From NCBI RefSeq assembly GCF_964194155.1, contig NC_135907.1, positions 7,192,001 through 7,256,000 of the forward strand: a stretch of DNA of 64,000 nt, read 5' to 3'. The notes below the pieces were generated by a model. That model did not search any database and was not told the DNA's origin. It saw only the letters and a list, made by a program, of their open reading frames with translations. The stretch comes from Cetorhinus maximus. Its lineage: Eukaryota. The position numbers were made by a program, and so were the translations under genes. Shown piece after piece: positions 12,530-25,197 of this stretch (position 1 is its first letter; each line of letters begins with the position of its first letter).

Positions 12530-13060
12530 GTACAGAACTTGAGTATTGCTGTAAAAAAAAGCCATGTCTAAGCTTTTTGTCTTGCACTCATCAGGACACC
12601 AATATAAGGGAAAGACAACGATTTATACTGAATGTGAAGAGTGCTGATTGGTTGATAAGTTGCCATGGAGAATGCACCACTAATGGTGACTGACAGTTAA
12701 CTGCCAAGCATTGTTTGAAATTTAAACCAGACAGCTTGACGCCGATTCCTCAGGGCATTGCCTTGACCAATGAGTCAGCGAATGGCTGTTACTTATTTTG
12801 TTTAGCTGAAACAGGCGCAATGTATGTGCATGTTCTTCCTGTCTGCAAACAGGGTCCTGTGCATTATTATATGTAGCTTCCAATACATGCAAACGCGCTA
12901 CACTGTGAGTCCAACTGACCATCTTAAATTGGTTGTCAACGTAATTCTTAGCACATTGAGGATTATTCAGCAAATGTTGTCCAATCGCGGAATCACATCT
13001 AATGTCGGACACTGTGTTTTGGCTGGGTATGGTCTGTACCCTGCCCGTTGCACATTTTAA
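12530..13060 (-). mobile_element. Penelope-like element 3' fragment (family A)
   Basis: DSAIGQHLLNNPQCAKNY..LEATY similar to 41088-41363; ends in terminal repeat with hammerhead-like core. Confidence 0.85.
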
Positions 13061-14519
13061 ATCGCTCCACCATTCAATGTTTGCCTTCAGCCGCTGAAGC
13101 CCTAAGCTCTCAAACATCCTCTCTGAACTTCCATCTTTCATTCCTCCTTTAAGACACTTCTTGAATCCTAGCTCCCTATCTGCTCCAATATCTACTCCTC
13201 TGGCTCGGTGTTGGATTTTGTTTGATAATGTTCTTCTGTAGTGCTTTGGTACGTTTTACTACTTTAAAAGGTGCTATACAAATAAAAATTATTGTTGATG
13301 TTTATGTTTTTCTTGCACATGGTATAGTAACTGTTTCGATCCTTATCATATATTTTTTCCCTCCCCCTTTCAATACTTCAACTGAGTCAAAAGGATATAA
13401 ATTTCAACTCCTCAGAAGTGTCTGGTTAGGCCGTGCTAATAGGACCCTGTTAGGTAAAGAGCATCAAGAGTTAGAGAACCAAGAGAGGTAGGTGGAGTTG
13501 AGGCCAAGTTTTTGGCCAGGCTCTTCTAATGAGGTAAAAATGTCCAGTAAGCAGCTGAACTTTTATAGACTAAAAGATCTGATTTGATCCTTGGTTTTGT
13601 ATTGCCCAATCTCAGCCACATTTTATCCCAGTGGCCTCAGTTATTTAAGGAGTAACAAAGTAACCTAGTTCCTGCTCTGCTGTGACTGAACATGTTCGGA
13701 GAGGGCAGCATTACACTTCCTCTTTCCATTCCTCCACTGGAATACCCCATAGGTTATTGCGGTTAAGGCTTGCACAAATGACTCTTACTCAAATGTCTAT
13801 TGAACCATACTCCAAGCAACAAGACAATGATTTCAAAATGAAAAGGGGAAATGTGGGGTGAAGGGGATGAAGAGAAGACAGGCCACTTGGGTTGCTTCAA
13901 AAGTAAATGGCAGTGCAGTTTTAAAAAAAACCCAAGAAACAGTAATTACAATTATTAGTTCCCTCCAGTAAATGCAAGTATCACCACCTTACCAACTGAA
14001 CTGAAAGCTGATCAACTGAAGGCAGCAGCATTATATAACGTTAGTACCTAGAAACAGTACACTTGGCTAATCACGAGAGCACACCTATTCCCTTTCACCC
14101 ACTGGAATACATCCCTGAATAAAACAACATTATTCCTCCACATTCTAACAGAGCAGTGAGACTAAAGCAAGATGCAAAGGCAGCAGAGTACAGGTGAAAA
14201 GGCAATTTTAAATATCAATGGTGATTCCATTGCTAATTATATGCGATAAATTTGTATAAGAGCTTAGGGCATCTGAAGAGAGATTTAGTTTTTCTGTGTT
14301 TACTTAAAATATAATTGAAAACCATTTACAGAATACAAGAAAATGCTGATTATTTGGACACATCACACAGTGTAGCCAACACAGTAAATGCAATACAGAC
14401 AGAATAAAAAAGTAAAATATTGCAGATGCTGGTAATCCGAAATAAAAACAGGTTCTCTTTTCACAAAAGAGCATTGTACTTGGTTCAAACTTCTTGTGTC
14501 AACATGGATCTTAAATATA

Positions 14520-14756
14520 TCAATGAAAAAATAGAGACATGCTGTCAAAACCTTTCATCTTGCACTCATCAGAACAGACGCAAGAATACCAAATTTCAAA
14601 GGGAAACATAATTTATATTACATGAGAAAAGGGGGCTGATTGGTTGATTTATTGACTGTTTTTCCCTTTGAAATTTGGTATTTTTGCATCTGTCTTGATG
14701 AATGCAAGGCGAAAAGCTTAAGCAGCATGTCTTTTTATCAGCAATGCTCAAGTTCT
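14520..14756. mobile_element. Fold-back Penelope family A terminal-repeat insertion
   Basis: Inverted pair of termini, each with a hammerhead-like core; 13-bp TSD GATCTTAAATATA at 14507-14519 and 14757-14769. Confidence 0.8.
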
Positions 14757-15139
14757 GATCTTAAATATACACAGATTGCCAATGTACAGTATCTTCTGCA
14801 GCAATATTCCCTTTCATATAAATTCTTCTAGTCAGAAGATTCTTAACAATTTGATGGTTAGCACTTTAAAGTCAAAATCCAAATTATGGCACCATACACA
14901 CTGGTGACAGATTTGAAAGTAAAAGTCAACAGTAAAGAACAAGTAGAATAATGGTAAATCAGACATTTTCTAAGGAAACTATATATTAAATTTTAGATTC
15001 GAAAGTAGTTTGTTTTAATCTGAAACAGTGTTTTAATTTCAAGTTACCACTTCAAGCAAAATGGATGTTTGATAGCTCACTTTAAACAAGAGATTCCGAT
15101 GACAGCTTTTGATCATCTGTCCTAACAAACAAGGTTTCT

Positions 15140-15510
15140 ACAATCCCTGAAATTTAGAAGGTTAAGGGGTGATTTGACCAGATATTATGGAGGAGAACAG
15201 ATAGGGAAGATAGATAGAAACTAATTCCGCTGCATGAGGAATCTAGCACTGAGGCATAACCTAAAATTTAGAGCCCCGGCCTTTCAGGGAGTGTGGTTAG
15301 CAAACACTTCTATGTGCAAAGGGTGGTACAAGTTTGGAACCTTCTTCTGCAAATGGCAGTAATTAATCATTTATTAATTTTAACCTGAGATTGATGATAC
15401 CCTTTTGGTTAACAAAAAAAATCTAAAGCATATGAGGCAAAGGTGGTATACAGAGTTAAGCTGCAGATCAGCTATGATTTCATTACATGGTAGAGCAGAC
15501 TAGAGGGGAT
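15140..15510 (+). mobile_element. CR1-type LINE 3' fragment
   Basis: TTTAGAAGGTTAAGGGGTGATTTG..CAGATCAGCTATGATTTCATT as in other CR1 copies. Confidence 0.7.
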
Positions 15511-17369
15511 AGATGTTGCTCCGCTAAAGTGCAAGTGGGGAGTTTAATATCTGTACAGGCCATTCAGCCGATCAGCTACTTAGAGCCTTTCATCCATTTT
15601 ATGTTATTTGTACAATGTGTACACATTCAGGAGCAACATGACAATAAAAGTGATATTATACCCCAAGGAGGACCACATGGTCAAGTATCACACTGCTATC
15701 ATCCAGTTCCTCCTTTCAAATTTCCAATGCAGGAGGCAAAATGAAGCTAACAATTAACTCTTGCCAACAATGAAGTTTTAGCAGCACTGTGCAGTAAAAG
15801 TTCAAAAGTATATGAACAAAATGACACCTAATGAAACAAATTTGTATTAAAAAGTTGCCCAAATTAAGGGTCAGTTTGCATTTATGCAAAGCCTTTCAGA
15901 CACTCAGGACATCCCACACTGTTTCACAACCAAACAATTTCATTTCAGCATAGTCACTAGACAAACACAGCAGCCAATTTTCGCACAACAACATTCCATA
16001 CCCAGCATTTAAATAAATTATCAAGTATTTCATTTGATGAAATGGGGAAAAGGATCAATGCTGGTCAGGAGAACCAGAAGAAAGAGCCTCAGTTTAAGAC
16101 CACATCTAAAAGACAGTGTAACTATCCGTCAGGTCAGTCTAAATGACATACTCAAGCCTTGAAGTGGCTTAAACCCAAGATCTTCCAACTTAAGAGGTGA
16201 CGGTGCAACAAGTCCAGACTTAAGGCTCTTGACATCATATTCAACACAACATTGAGGTCATTTCAAATCATGTCCTAGACTTTAAGTACAAGCTCTTTTA
16301 AAGTGATACACATTATGGCACAAGAGTCGCATCATAACATTAAATGACACAGCATGTTCCTGAGGTGCTGCACATGAACACAAGGTAAGTCTTCCTTATG
16401 TTTACCTTTTACCTTGTCTTTGCTCATTATTAACAAAAACACCTCTAATTTTTTTCCCTTCCAATTTCATTTCCTCTTCTGAATGCCCTAGTGCTGGAAC
16501 TGATCTGGAGGACATTCCCAAGTAGTCAACTAATCACCCTCCAAGTGTGAGTGAATGCTATTGGCTATTTAACCACAGGGGCAATTACAACTGAGCAGAC
16601 ATTGGATAGGGCTCAGAAATAAGAGTCCTTGCTGACTTTTTACTTGCTATCTGGTGGGGGTGGTAGGAAACCACTGAATGAAGCAAAACCACACCTTGAA
16701 TCATGGAATCTTACAGCACAGGAGTAGGCCCATCATGCCTGTTGACTCGCTGAAGGAGCTATCCAATTAGTTCTGTTCCACCGTGCTCTTTCCTCATAGC
16801 CCGCAAATTGTTTCCTTTCAAGTATTAATCCAATTCTCTTTTGGGAAGTTACTACTGAATTTACTTCCTCCTCCCTTCCAAGCAATGTATTCCAGATCAC
16901 AACTCACCACCTAAAAAAAATCCTCACCTCATTTAAATAAATCAGGTTGATCCATTTAGATAAAGAATAAATCAAAGCATTCCTGGTTTACAGCAAGACA
17001 ACAGAGTTCAAACCTAATTTGTCATGACACACCTCATGGCTCAATACCCAAGACAGAGCACCCAGTTCAAATGCCTTGCAATAAGATGGGGAGATGGATG
17101 ATGGATCTGCATGACAAAAAATCAGAAGGACAGGAGAAACAGAGGCACTGTGTACATGTAAAGCAACTTTAGTAGCAGACACGGAATGTCATGCATTACT
17201 GCTTCAAGTCCATACATTACAGCTCTCTCTGACCCATTGAACAGTATTGTTGAGCAATTGCTTCAATATTTAAAAACATTTATTCAGACAAGTCTCAAAA
17301 AGAGTCCCAGTAAGTGTGATAGCACAAAGAAACTCTTGGACTGGTCACCACAGCTAAATGAGTAGATTC

Positions 17370-18160
17370 ATAGAATCATAGAATGGTTACAGTACAGAAG
17401 GTGGCCGGCCATTTGGTCCATCCTGTCTGTGCCAGTGCTCTGAAAGAGCAACTAAGTTAGTCACACTCCCCCACCATTTCCCATTGGCACTGCAAATATT
17501 TTCTCTTTCAGATAATTAGCCAATTCCTTTTTGAAAGCCCCGACTGAATCGGTCTCCACCACACTTCTGGGCAGTGCAATCCAGACCCTAGCCAATTTTT
17601 TTCCTCTTGTTACTTTTGGTTCTTTTGCCTATCACTTTAAATCCTTGTCCTCTGGTTCTCGACTCTTCTACCAATGGGAACAGTTTCTCTCTATCTAGGC
17701 TCCTCATGATTTGAGCACTTTGATCAAATCTCTTCTCAACCTTCCAAGGAGAAGGACTCCTGCTTCTCCATCTATCAATGTCACTGAAACCATTCGTATA
17801 AAACTTTTCGGCACCCCCTCTAGTGCCTTCACTCCCTCCCTAAAAGATGGTTGGAGAGTAAGATGCACTCCAGGGATTTCTACGCCACCTGCCTTGTCCC
17901 TCCTGGATTGTCTGGTGGTCACCCATTTCCCCTCTGTCTGGAAACATTTAAACCACATAGTGACCACGTCCAAAAACTACCCATAAAATTCAACCTTGTA
18001 GATGCACAGCACTGACACCTGCTGCTGCTCAAGTTCCAAAATCCAGAGCTCAAGTTGCTGGAGCTGACAACACTTCTTACACTTGTGGCTGCCCAGGACA
18101 TAAGCGGAATTGAGATGCCCAGCCATGGTTGAGGCAAATAGCATGGATGCAGTTACGGAG
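17370..18160 (-). mobile_element. CR1-type LINE remnant: 3' end joined to an ORF1 fragment
   Basis: CATAGAATCATAGAA tail at 17370; minus-strand HKCKKCCQLQQLELWILELEQQ and KWVTTR resemble the CR1 ORF1 zinc-finger/leucine zipper. Confidence 0.65.
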
Positions 18161-18351
18161 TAACTAGACAACCATGAAGGAGAAAGCAATAAAAACATAT
18201 GCTGATGGTGTTAGATGAAGAGGGGTGGAAAGAAGCTTGTGCGGAACTTGAATGGTCGACACAGACCAATTGGGCCAAATGGCCCAATTTTGTGTTGTAA
18301 CTTTTATGTAATTCTACATAAAACAAAATAAGAACATGCAAATATATTTAT

Positions 18352-19240
18352 TGTCAGGAAGATTATAATAATTTTCATAATGTTATTGGTATTTGTGAAG
18401 TACAGTAATAGTGGGATGTGTGTGTGCGTGCGCTTGTGTGACTTAACTGAATTAAAGGCAGCTGATCTGAAGCTTTGATGTATCAGAATATAAGCTGGGT
18501 TTGAAATTTTAAATAGGTAAACATGAGTAAAGTTTTAGAATGTGAGGTGTAAAGGGAGCATTTGCATTTTTAAATAAACCAGAGTGGCTTGAATTCAAAG
18601 AGGGGGATGAAATGTTACACCTAGCCAGAAGATGTTAAGAAACAGTGTGTTTATTTTTCCCAAAGATTACTGGTAAAATTAGTACTATGATAGATTTTTA
18701 TTATTAGAGAGGTAAAGTCCAAAGACATAGTGAAACAATGGGAATTTGCAATCAAAGGGGAAAATATGTATAAAGAAGAGAAGGCAGTGTGTAAGGGCAG
18801 GCATTTTAAGATCTAACACAAGTGTGAAAAGCCTCCAGCATCTAAGCCTCGAGCTGCTGTTTACAAAGAAGCTGAGAAAAACTCACTTGGAATTTGACTG
18901 TTCAGGGTATCGTGTTACTTTGCTTGGGTCTTTTAAAATGTATGTGTTTTACTGTTGCCTTAAAGGAGGTGTAACTGGGAGTTAGACTAACTAGGTGAGC
19001 TAGGAGTTATCATAGTAGTAATTTGTAAACCTATGTATGTGCTTAAAATCATTTTTTAAATTTAATAAAGATTTAATTTAGTTTTGTAAGAAACTTACGA
19101 GATTCAGTGGTCTTATTACTATTGAATTCAAGGCACACATCTCGAAATAAATACAAATTGTAAAATAGTTGTAGCAATTGTTTAAAGTTTCCCTCTGGGA
19201 TTTGAACAGCTCAGCATTTACTATCCACTGTGCCATAACA
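18352..19240 (+). mobile_element. Solo LTR, family X copy 1
   Basis: TGTCA..ATAACA ends; homologous to 30899-32459 and 63647-64000; no TSD seen. Confidence 0.7.
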
Positions 19241-19545
19241 CTTGTGTACATTGGGAGTTAACAAAAATCTATCCACGCAGAATTTGCTACTGACTTCCTC
19301 AAGATGCTAAAATGTTTAAACTTTAATTACTCATTCTGCCCAACTGCAGGCAATAGGATCATTGCATTAGAAAAGTTACAGTTTGGAATTAAATTCTGCA
19401 TCAATTGTTGTAAACTCACCTAAATAAGTAGTGCAGTAGAACAATTCCAGGATCTCGATCAAAACCATTGCTGCCATTTTATAAGCTTCAGCCAAGTTTC
19501 AAAACTAAAAGTTCTTAAATGAAGTGCTCAACCAAATCCATTTCA

Positions 19546-19762
19546 TCATATCCCAGTCCAATTAAGAGAGACTGGGTTGGGTCTTTGGCGGTCAAACTTT
19601 TCGAAAAAGTGGGGATCGGTGAACGGGCCACTGTGAATAATAGCATCAATGATGAAGAAAAGTGCAATAAGTAACAAACTGATGAGGAAAAATGGTACAA
19701 AGGGCTTCAGGTGTTTCAAATACATCTCCGTCAAAAGCTGAGGACTAAGAACTACTTTGCAA
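19546..19762 (-). CDS. Candidate alternative terminal exon or nested small ORF encoding a transmembrane helix (..LLTEMYLKHLKPFVPFFLISLLLIALFFIIDAIIHSGPFTDPHFFEKFDRQRPNPVSLNWTGI*)
   Basis: Unique sequence; AG acceptors at 19763-19764 and 19745-19746 both give an in-frame phase-2 join to exon 11; internal ATG at 19723-19725; double TGA stop; ATTAAA at 19322-19327. Confidence 0.45.
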
Positions 19763-20776
19763 CTGGAGAAGTATTTTCACACGACAGGCTCAAATCAAAA
19801 ATAGAACGCCTGAAAATAGAACACAGTGTACGTACACAAGGATTAAATTCAGAGATCTTGCTTTTTTTTTTAAATGACACCTCCAAATAATTGCATGGGT
19901 ACATATGATGCTTCACATGCTTTTGCTGTTTAGCAAGGGATCAAATTTTTATTGAGTACTCCAGATCATAGCACAGCGTTCCCTTTCAAGAGATCAATTT
20001 CCTTCAAATTAATTTGGCTTTACTACATACTCCCTCCATTTAAAGTCCACCCAGCATCATTCCCTATTAAAGAGGCCAGGCATGAAATGTGCTCTCAAGT
20101 CACACTCAAGTATTCGATATGAGTAGAAATTGAGAGAAGCATAGAAAGAGGAAAAGGCTCCCATGGGCTGGGGACTTTGCCAAAAAGTTGGGGAGACCCC
20201 AGGAGTGCAGTCCATCTCACCAGCCTTGTACTGATAGTGAAACCCCACCCAAGCTCTACCCCATACCTTCCCTACTCCTAGTATCTTTTTTGTAGCCATC
20301 TGCCATAATCCTAACTCAACAGCTTTTTGGGAGAGAGGGAGTGTTCCATATTTCCATTAGTGCTTCCTGACATCAACCCCAGTGGCCTAGTTCTAATTCT
20401 TAATGTTCTCCCCTCATGTGGGCTCTACCCATCAGAGGAAATAGTTTCTCTCTATCAATTCCTTTATCATCTTAAACACCCCAATTAGTTCCCTTAATCT
20501 TCCTCTACTCAAGAGAGTGGAAGCTTAGGCTATGCAACCTGTCCTCATAATTCAACCTTCTTGCCCTGGTAAATCTGTGCTGATCGAGGTGCTCAACATG
20601 TTAAACAGGATTTGATAGGGTAGATACTGAGAAACTTTTCCCTTGAGGAAATCAGGAACAAGGCGACACCATCTTAAAATTAGAGCTAGGCTATTTAGGA
20701 GGGAAATTAAGAGGCAATTTTTTCACACAAAGGGTAGCAGGATCTGGAACACTTTGCCTCAAAAGGCTGTAGATGC

Positions 20777-23700
20777 TGTTAACATGCACAGCAGGCATCT
20801 GGTAAAGGAAGAAGCTGCAGCCAGTCTGTTTTCAACATGTGCTGTACTGGGTTTAAGTGCAGACTACTTTTTCCTTCCACAGTTCCTCCCTCAAACAGTT
20901 GGAAACTGGTTCTTATCTATGTGCCCTAGCTTTTCCCCAATTAGTATCAGCTGCTCTTAATCACAACTAGAGCATGCACTCAATTGTCACAGCATTTGCA
21001 ACATTAACAAGATTCCCTTCTTTTGTAAAAGAAAAAAAACTACATATTTACAGACAAGATTTCAAAAAATACTGCAGAGAGAGAAATAAATCTTACACTC
21101 GCAAGGCTTGCATCATGAGGATTCCTAAGACTACCGGGAAGCAATCCTTTTGGTAAAACAGTCAGACAATTGATGGCTTGTATCTACCCAACTGAGGTTG
21201 GAGATTTCTTTTTTCTCCAACATTTGTTTCAAACTCGCAATATCAATTCTTAATCTCATCTCATTCAAACTTTTTATGAGTGTACACTATCCCAAAAAGG
21301 AACGACTGTCTTCATAACATTCAGTAGGCTTGGTTTCTTCATATAGCATTTCCCCTAACGTCTTTGATAAAAAGACTGCCATGTCAACTGCCTCAAGTGC
21401 AAGAGTTTCAGCAATCAGAGTACTTTTTACTATTCTTATTTTCTTGGCTTCCCAGGCCAAGGGGCAACATTTCTCGCTTTCTCCCATTAGAAATATTATA
21501 AAACCAGCTGTGCTCAAAAACCCATCACATAAGTTTTCATGAGAGGCATCACCAGAAACAATCAATTTTATATTCCTGGGGTCACCCAAAGATGGGAATT
21601 TCTGTACACATTTCTCCATTTTTTTTGCCCAAAAAATGTTCTCGACCTTTGTTTGTTTCATTACAGTACTCAGTTGTAAGACATCAAAATTTGCACTATG
21701 CCTTGTCTGTGTGCCCAGCCAATTCAAATGCCCAACTAGACTTCACAGCTGCTCCATCTCAGCTTTGGAAGCATCCGCATCTTTTTGTGAGGACCTGACA
21801 GAGTTGACTGTGATAGGCTTAACATGTTCTCAGTCAGATTGTTGTCATAAAGTAACATCAGATCCATGTTGCCTTGTTTCCAACCCAATATATTTAAAGG
21901 CCCAACTTTAATAAAACTGACTTAACTGAAAAATATCATACTGTGGAAGCATTGTTCAAACCACAGACACACTTATTTAACTTCCGAAGTCTTCCTTCTA
22001 CATCTGACATCTCCTTAGGAGGTTGGAGAAACACTTCCCTCTGGAGGCGATTCTCCTGCACAAATGCAGTTTTCATGTCCACTGATTTACATTCCCAAGA
22101 AAATGTTGCTTAAAAGGGCCAGTCTTTTAAAAATTACCTTGCCCATAAAGGGCAAGTCCATTCTGACCTCTATCTCCTAAGCAATCTTCAATACCCCAGG
22201 CCACTAACTAGCTTTGGCCTTAAGTTCCATCCAGTAGGACCTTTTCTATGCAGGTCCATCTATGTGGCTAATGCAGGCTGACCCCGATCTGAAAATACGC
22301 CAAACTTTCTGTTTAGCCTCACATTTGGCTTTATCTCCTAATTTGTTGGCAGCTACAAAAATGTCTCAGGTATGAGGGCTTCTGCTTCTACTAGTTTGTT
22401 GAGACGATGCTGCATTCTCCGTTCCACTGTGTCATCTAGTCAGACTATTGACCTCTATTCACCTTAAGTCTTTGCAGGCTATTGCTGTTAGATCCCATAT
22501 ACCCAATCTAAGCACCTTTCCACTGTAAATAAATGTTTCCTCAACTAGGACTCATCGCCGGACCTACAACTGGAATTCGAGCTATGTTATCTTATTTTCC
22601 ATTCTCACACACCATGCTCTCAGTGTATGGCCCTCACTCTTTGCCCATCATCCTGCACATTCAACCAATTTTTATATTTTCCAGTGGATTTCCCTTCCCG
22701 CTACTGCTGCATCCAGTTATTCGAATCTTCTGGATGGTACATTACCCAGGAACCCACTTTGGGCAGTTGGCCTCTACGTAAAATAGCCATTTCTGGTTCA
22801 TCATGATCAGTTTCTCTACTGGCATCCAACCTCTGATCTGTCATATCTTGTCCCTCAGGCCCCTACTCTGCAAAATGCATGAGTATGCGATGCACATGGT
22901 GTTTCGTCATCTATCATATTTGCAAAGAATTTTTAGCATGCATCACCCACGCTTGTGCCATTTGCAACTTGCAAGTCAGTTGGTCGACCAGTATCTTACA
23001 CAACATCTCGTCAATTGCTGCAGGATTCCTCTCTCATAAACCATTGCTGAATGGGCTCTTGGCCACAGTATTCCTGACTACAATATTCAAATACTTGCAC
23101 ATGTGCTGAAACTTACAAATTCTCCTCCACATTATCCTCAAAAACGTTGGTGTTCCTAGTCAGTACCAACCCATTTTTCCATGACCTTGTGGTTTGTTTG
23201 TCCCTGCCATATATCACTGTAGATAGGCTGAATCTAGTTGCCAGATCCACAAAGTGTAACCTCGATCTTTGTCCCATACCTTTAGGTCCATAGCCACTAC
23301 GTCTTTAAATTCTTGAGCCAGTGGAAGACTTACAACAGGACACGTTGGTGTCCTCCGGTATTTGGCAGAAATGTCGCATTGAGAAGTAACTTGCTCAATA
23401 AGTATTTCAAATCCCCTATCAACTACTCCAGCATCCCTCAGCAGAGCTTTTAATTTTTGCGACGCAGGATGTGCGAATAGTCTATGTATTTTTCAAATAA
23501 TTCTTTTCCTGTCAGCCAGGCTTTTATCCCCTAAAGCCAACAATACTGCCTGGACTTCTCGACAAGAAACATCTGGTTTCCTCAATGGTATGCAGTAATA
23601 CCCTGATCAAGTGAAACGTAAATCCATGGCTTTCCCGAAAGTGTTTTGTCATTTTCCATGCCTAGTTTCATCTGCGCTTTTTACATTGAAGACTTGCTCA

Positions 23701-25197
23701 ACAATAAAGGTATCTCATTGGAGACAACATCAGAGCTAATGAACAGACTTTTCCAGCTATTTTGCATGAACTTGAGCCTACTGTCATTCCAAAACCTAAA
23801 GCAGGTTGAGCTTTCATACTTTTTAACCTCATGTCTATCTTCCTTGTCTAGAGATTCCAGCAATTGAGCCAATTGCTGTAGAGCTGCAACTGCTATCCAA
23901 CACCACACAGTTGGACGAATCAATGACCAAAATGCTCATCACCAGGCTCAGGCTTTCCATTAACCAATACAATTCCTTCAGTCCAGTCTATCGTCAAGTT
24001 TGTATCATCAGAATTGTCTGTATCATGTGTTACCTCAAAGGCTCGATTTTTGTGCTTTGGACAATTCACTGCACTATGATTTTTAGAAAACGTCAGCTAA
24101 TCATTCCCCGTGCATTTCTAGGGTTTGTATGCCTGCAGTCACCATCTCAGTCCTGCTTTCTGTCTTAAACCACAAATTGGCCAAAGGTGCAACCATCCTC
24201 AGACCGCCTATCAGCAACTCCATCTTTGTACTGACGCCTGCATCTAGTATTCTGGTGGTGGTCTTGAAATTCAGCACACAAAGTCCTCCATTCTTTGCAT
24301 TACTGCAGAGCTGTCCGTTTGTGAGCTGATAGCAGCTGGAAATGATTGCTTTCCAAATTGTTCTTTTAGGGCAGCAGCCATTTGGTTTAAAAGAGAATCT
24401 GAAATTGAACCCCCATCAGTACCAGAAGTCTGTCTCTCTGTGGAATCTGTGCACAATCCAGTAACTTGAATGCAAGTACAGTCTCCAATCTCTTATACAA
24501 CCTATTAAAGTCTATAATATACTCTTACTTGGGCTGATTGCCCATCTTAAATTTATCAAAAGTGGACCACTCTTCATAGGTTTCCAACAGATCATCCTTC
24601 TTGTAAATCCTGTAATAGAAAAACTAATCCCTCTTCAGTATACAAGTCATCCACATCTAGCTCTGAAAATACTTTACTTCTAATCTTAATATTTCCTCAT
24701 AGTGACAAAGCCAAGGCTGTATCTTGCTTCCTCTTGGATGACGAGGTAACCCCAGTCCACATTTACATGTCATATTTCCATTGCTCATACAGTTCAGACT
24801 CCGGAAAAAATGGTGATAATCAAAGTTTGAGAATTTGCATCGGTTCTCAGTCATTTCTTACCAGAAGCTGCAGGGAGCATTACTTTTGTCAGAAGAAAGA
24901 GATAAAAATCTCTTATTCAGCTTCCATCCTCCACATTGATGTTAATCTTCTGCTACCATGATAACATGCTGAGCAGGTATCAGGTAACGGAATAAGCTGT
25001 AGCCAGTCTGTTTTCAACATAGGCTTATTCACAAAACCCAATATAACATAAGTGCAGGCTGTTTTTCCCTTCCACATAGTTTCTCCCCCACACAGGTGGA
25101 AACTGGTTCTTATATATGTGCCCTGACCTTACCCCAATTAGTATCAACTGCTCTTAATCACAACTAGATCATTGTCACAACATTTGCAACATTAACA
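20777..25197 (-). mobile_element. Full-length but decayed Ty1/copia LTR retrotransposon, GalEa-like
   Basis: LTRs 20777-21009 and 24959-25197 (TG..CA), TSD gatgc/gatac, PBS TGGTAGCAGA (tRNA-iMet) next to 5' LTR, PPT AAAAGAAGGGAA; order protease (VVLDSSCSST) - integrase (KIHRLFAHPASQKLKALLRDAG, VVAMDLK) - RT/RNaseH (PLAWEAKKIRIVKSTLIAETLAL). Confidence 0.9.

Noticed and set aside
19488-19549. C/D-box snoRNA-like spacing (ATGATGA..CTGA) on minus strand
   Set aside because: No terminal stem or recognisable antisense guide; box C coincides with the ORF's double stop
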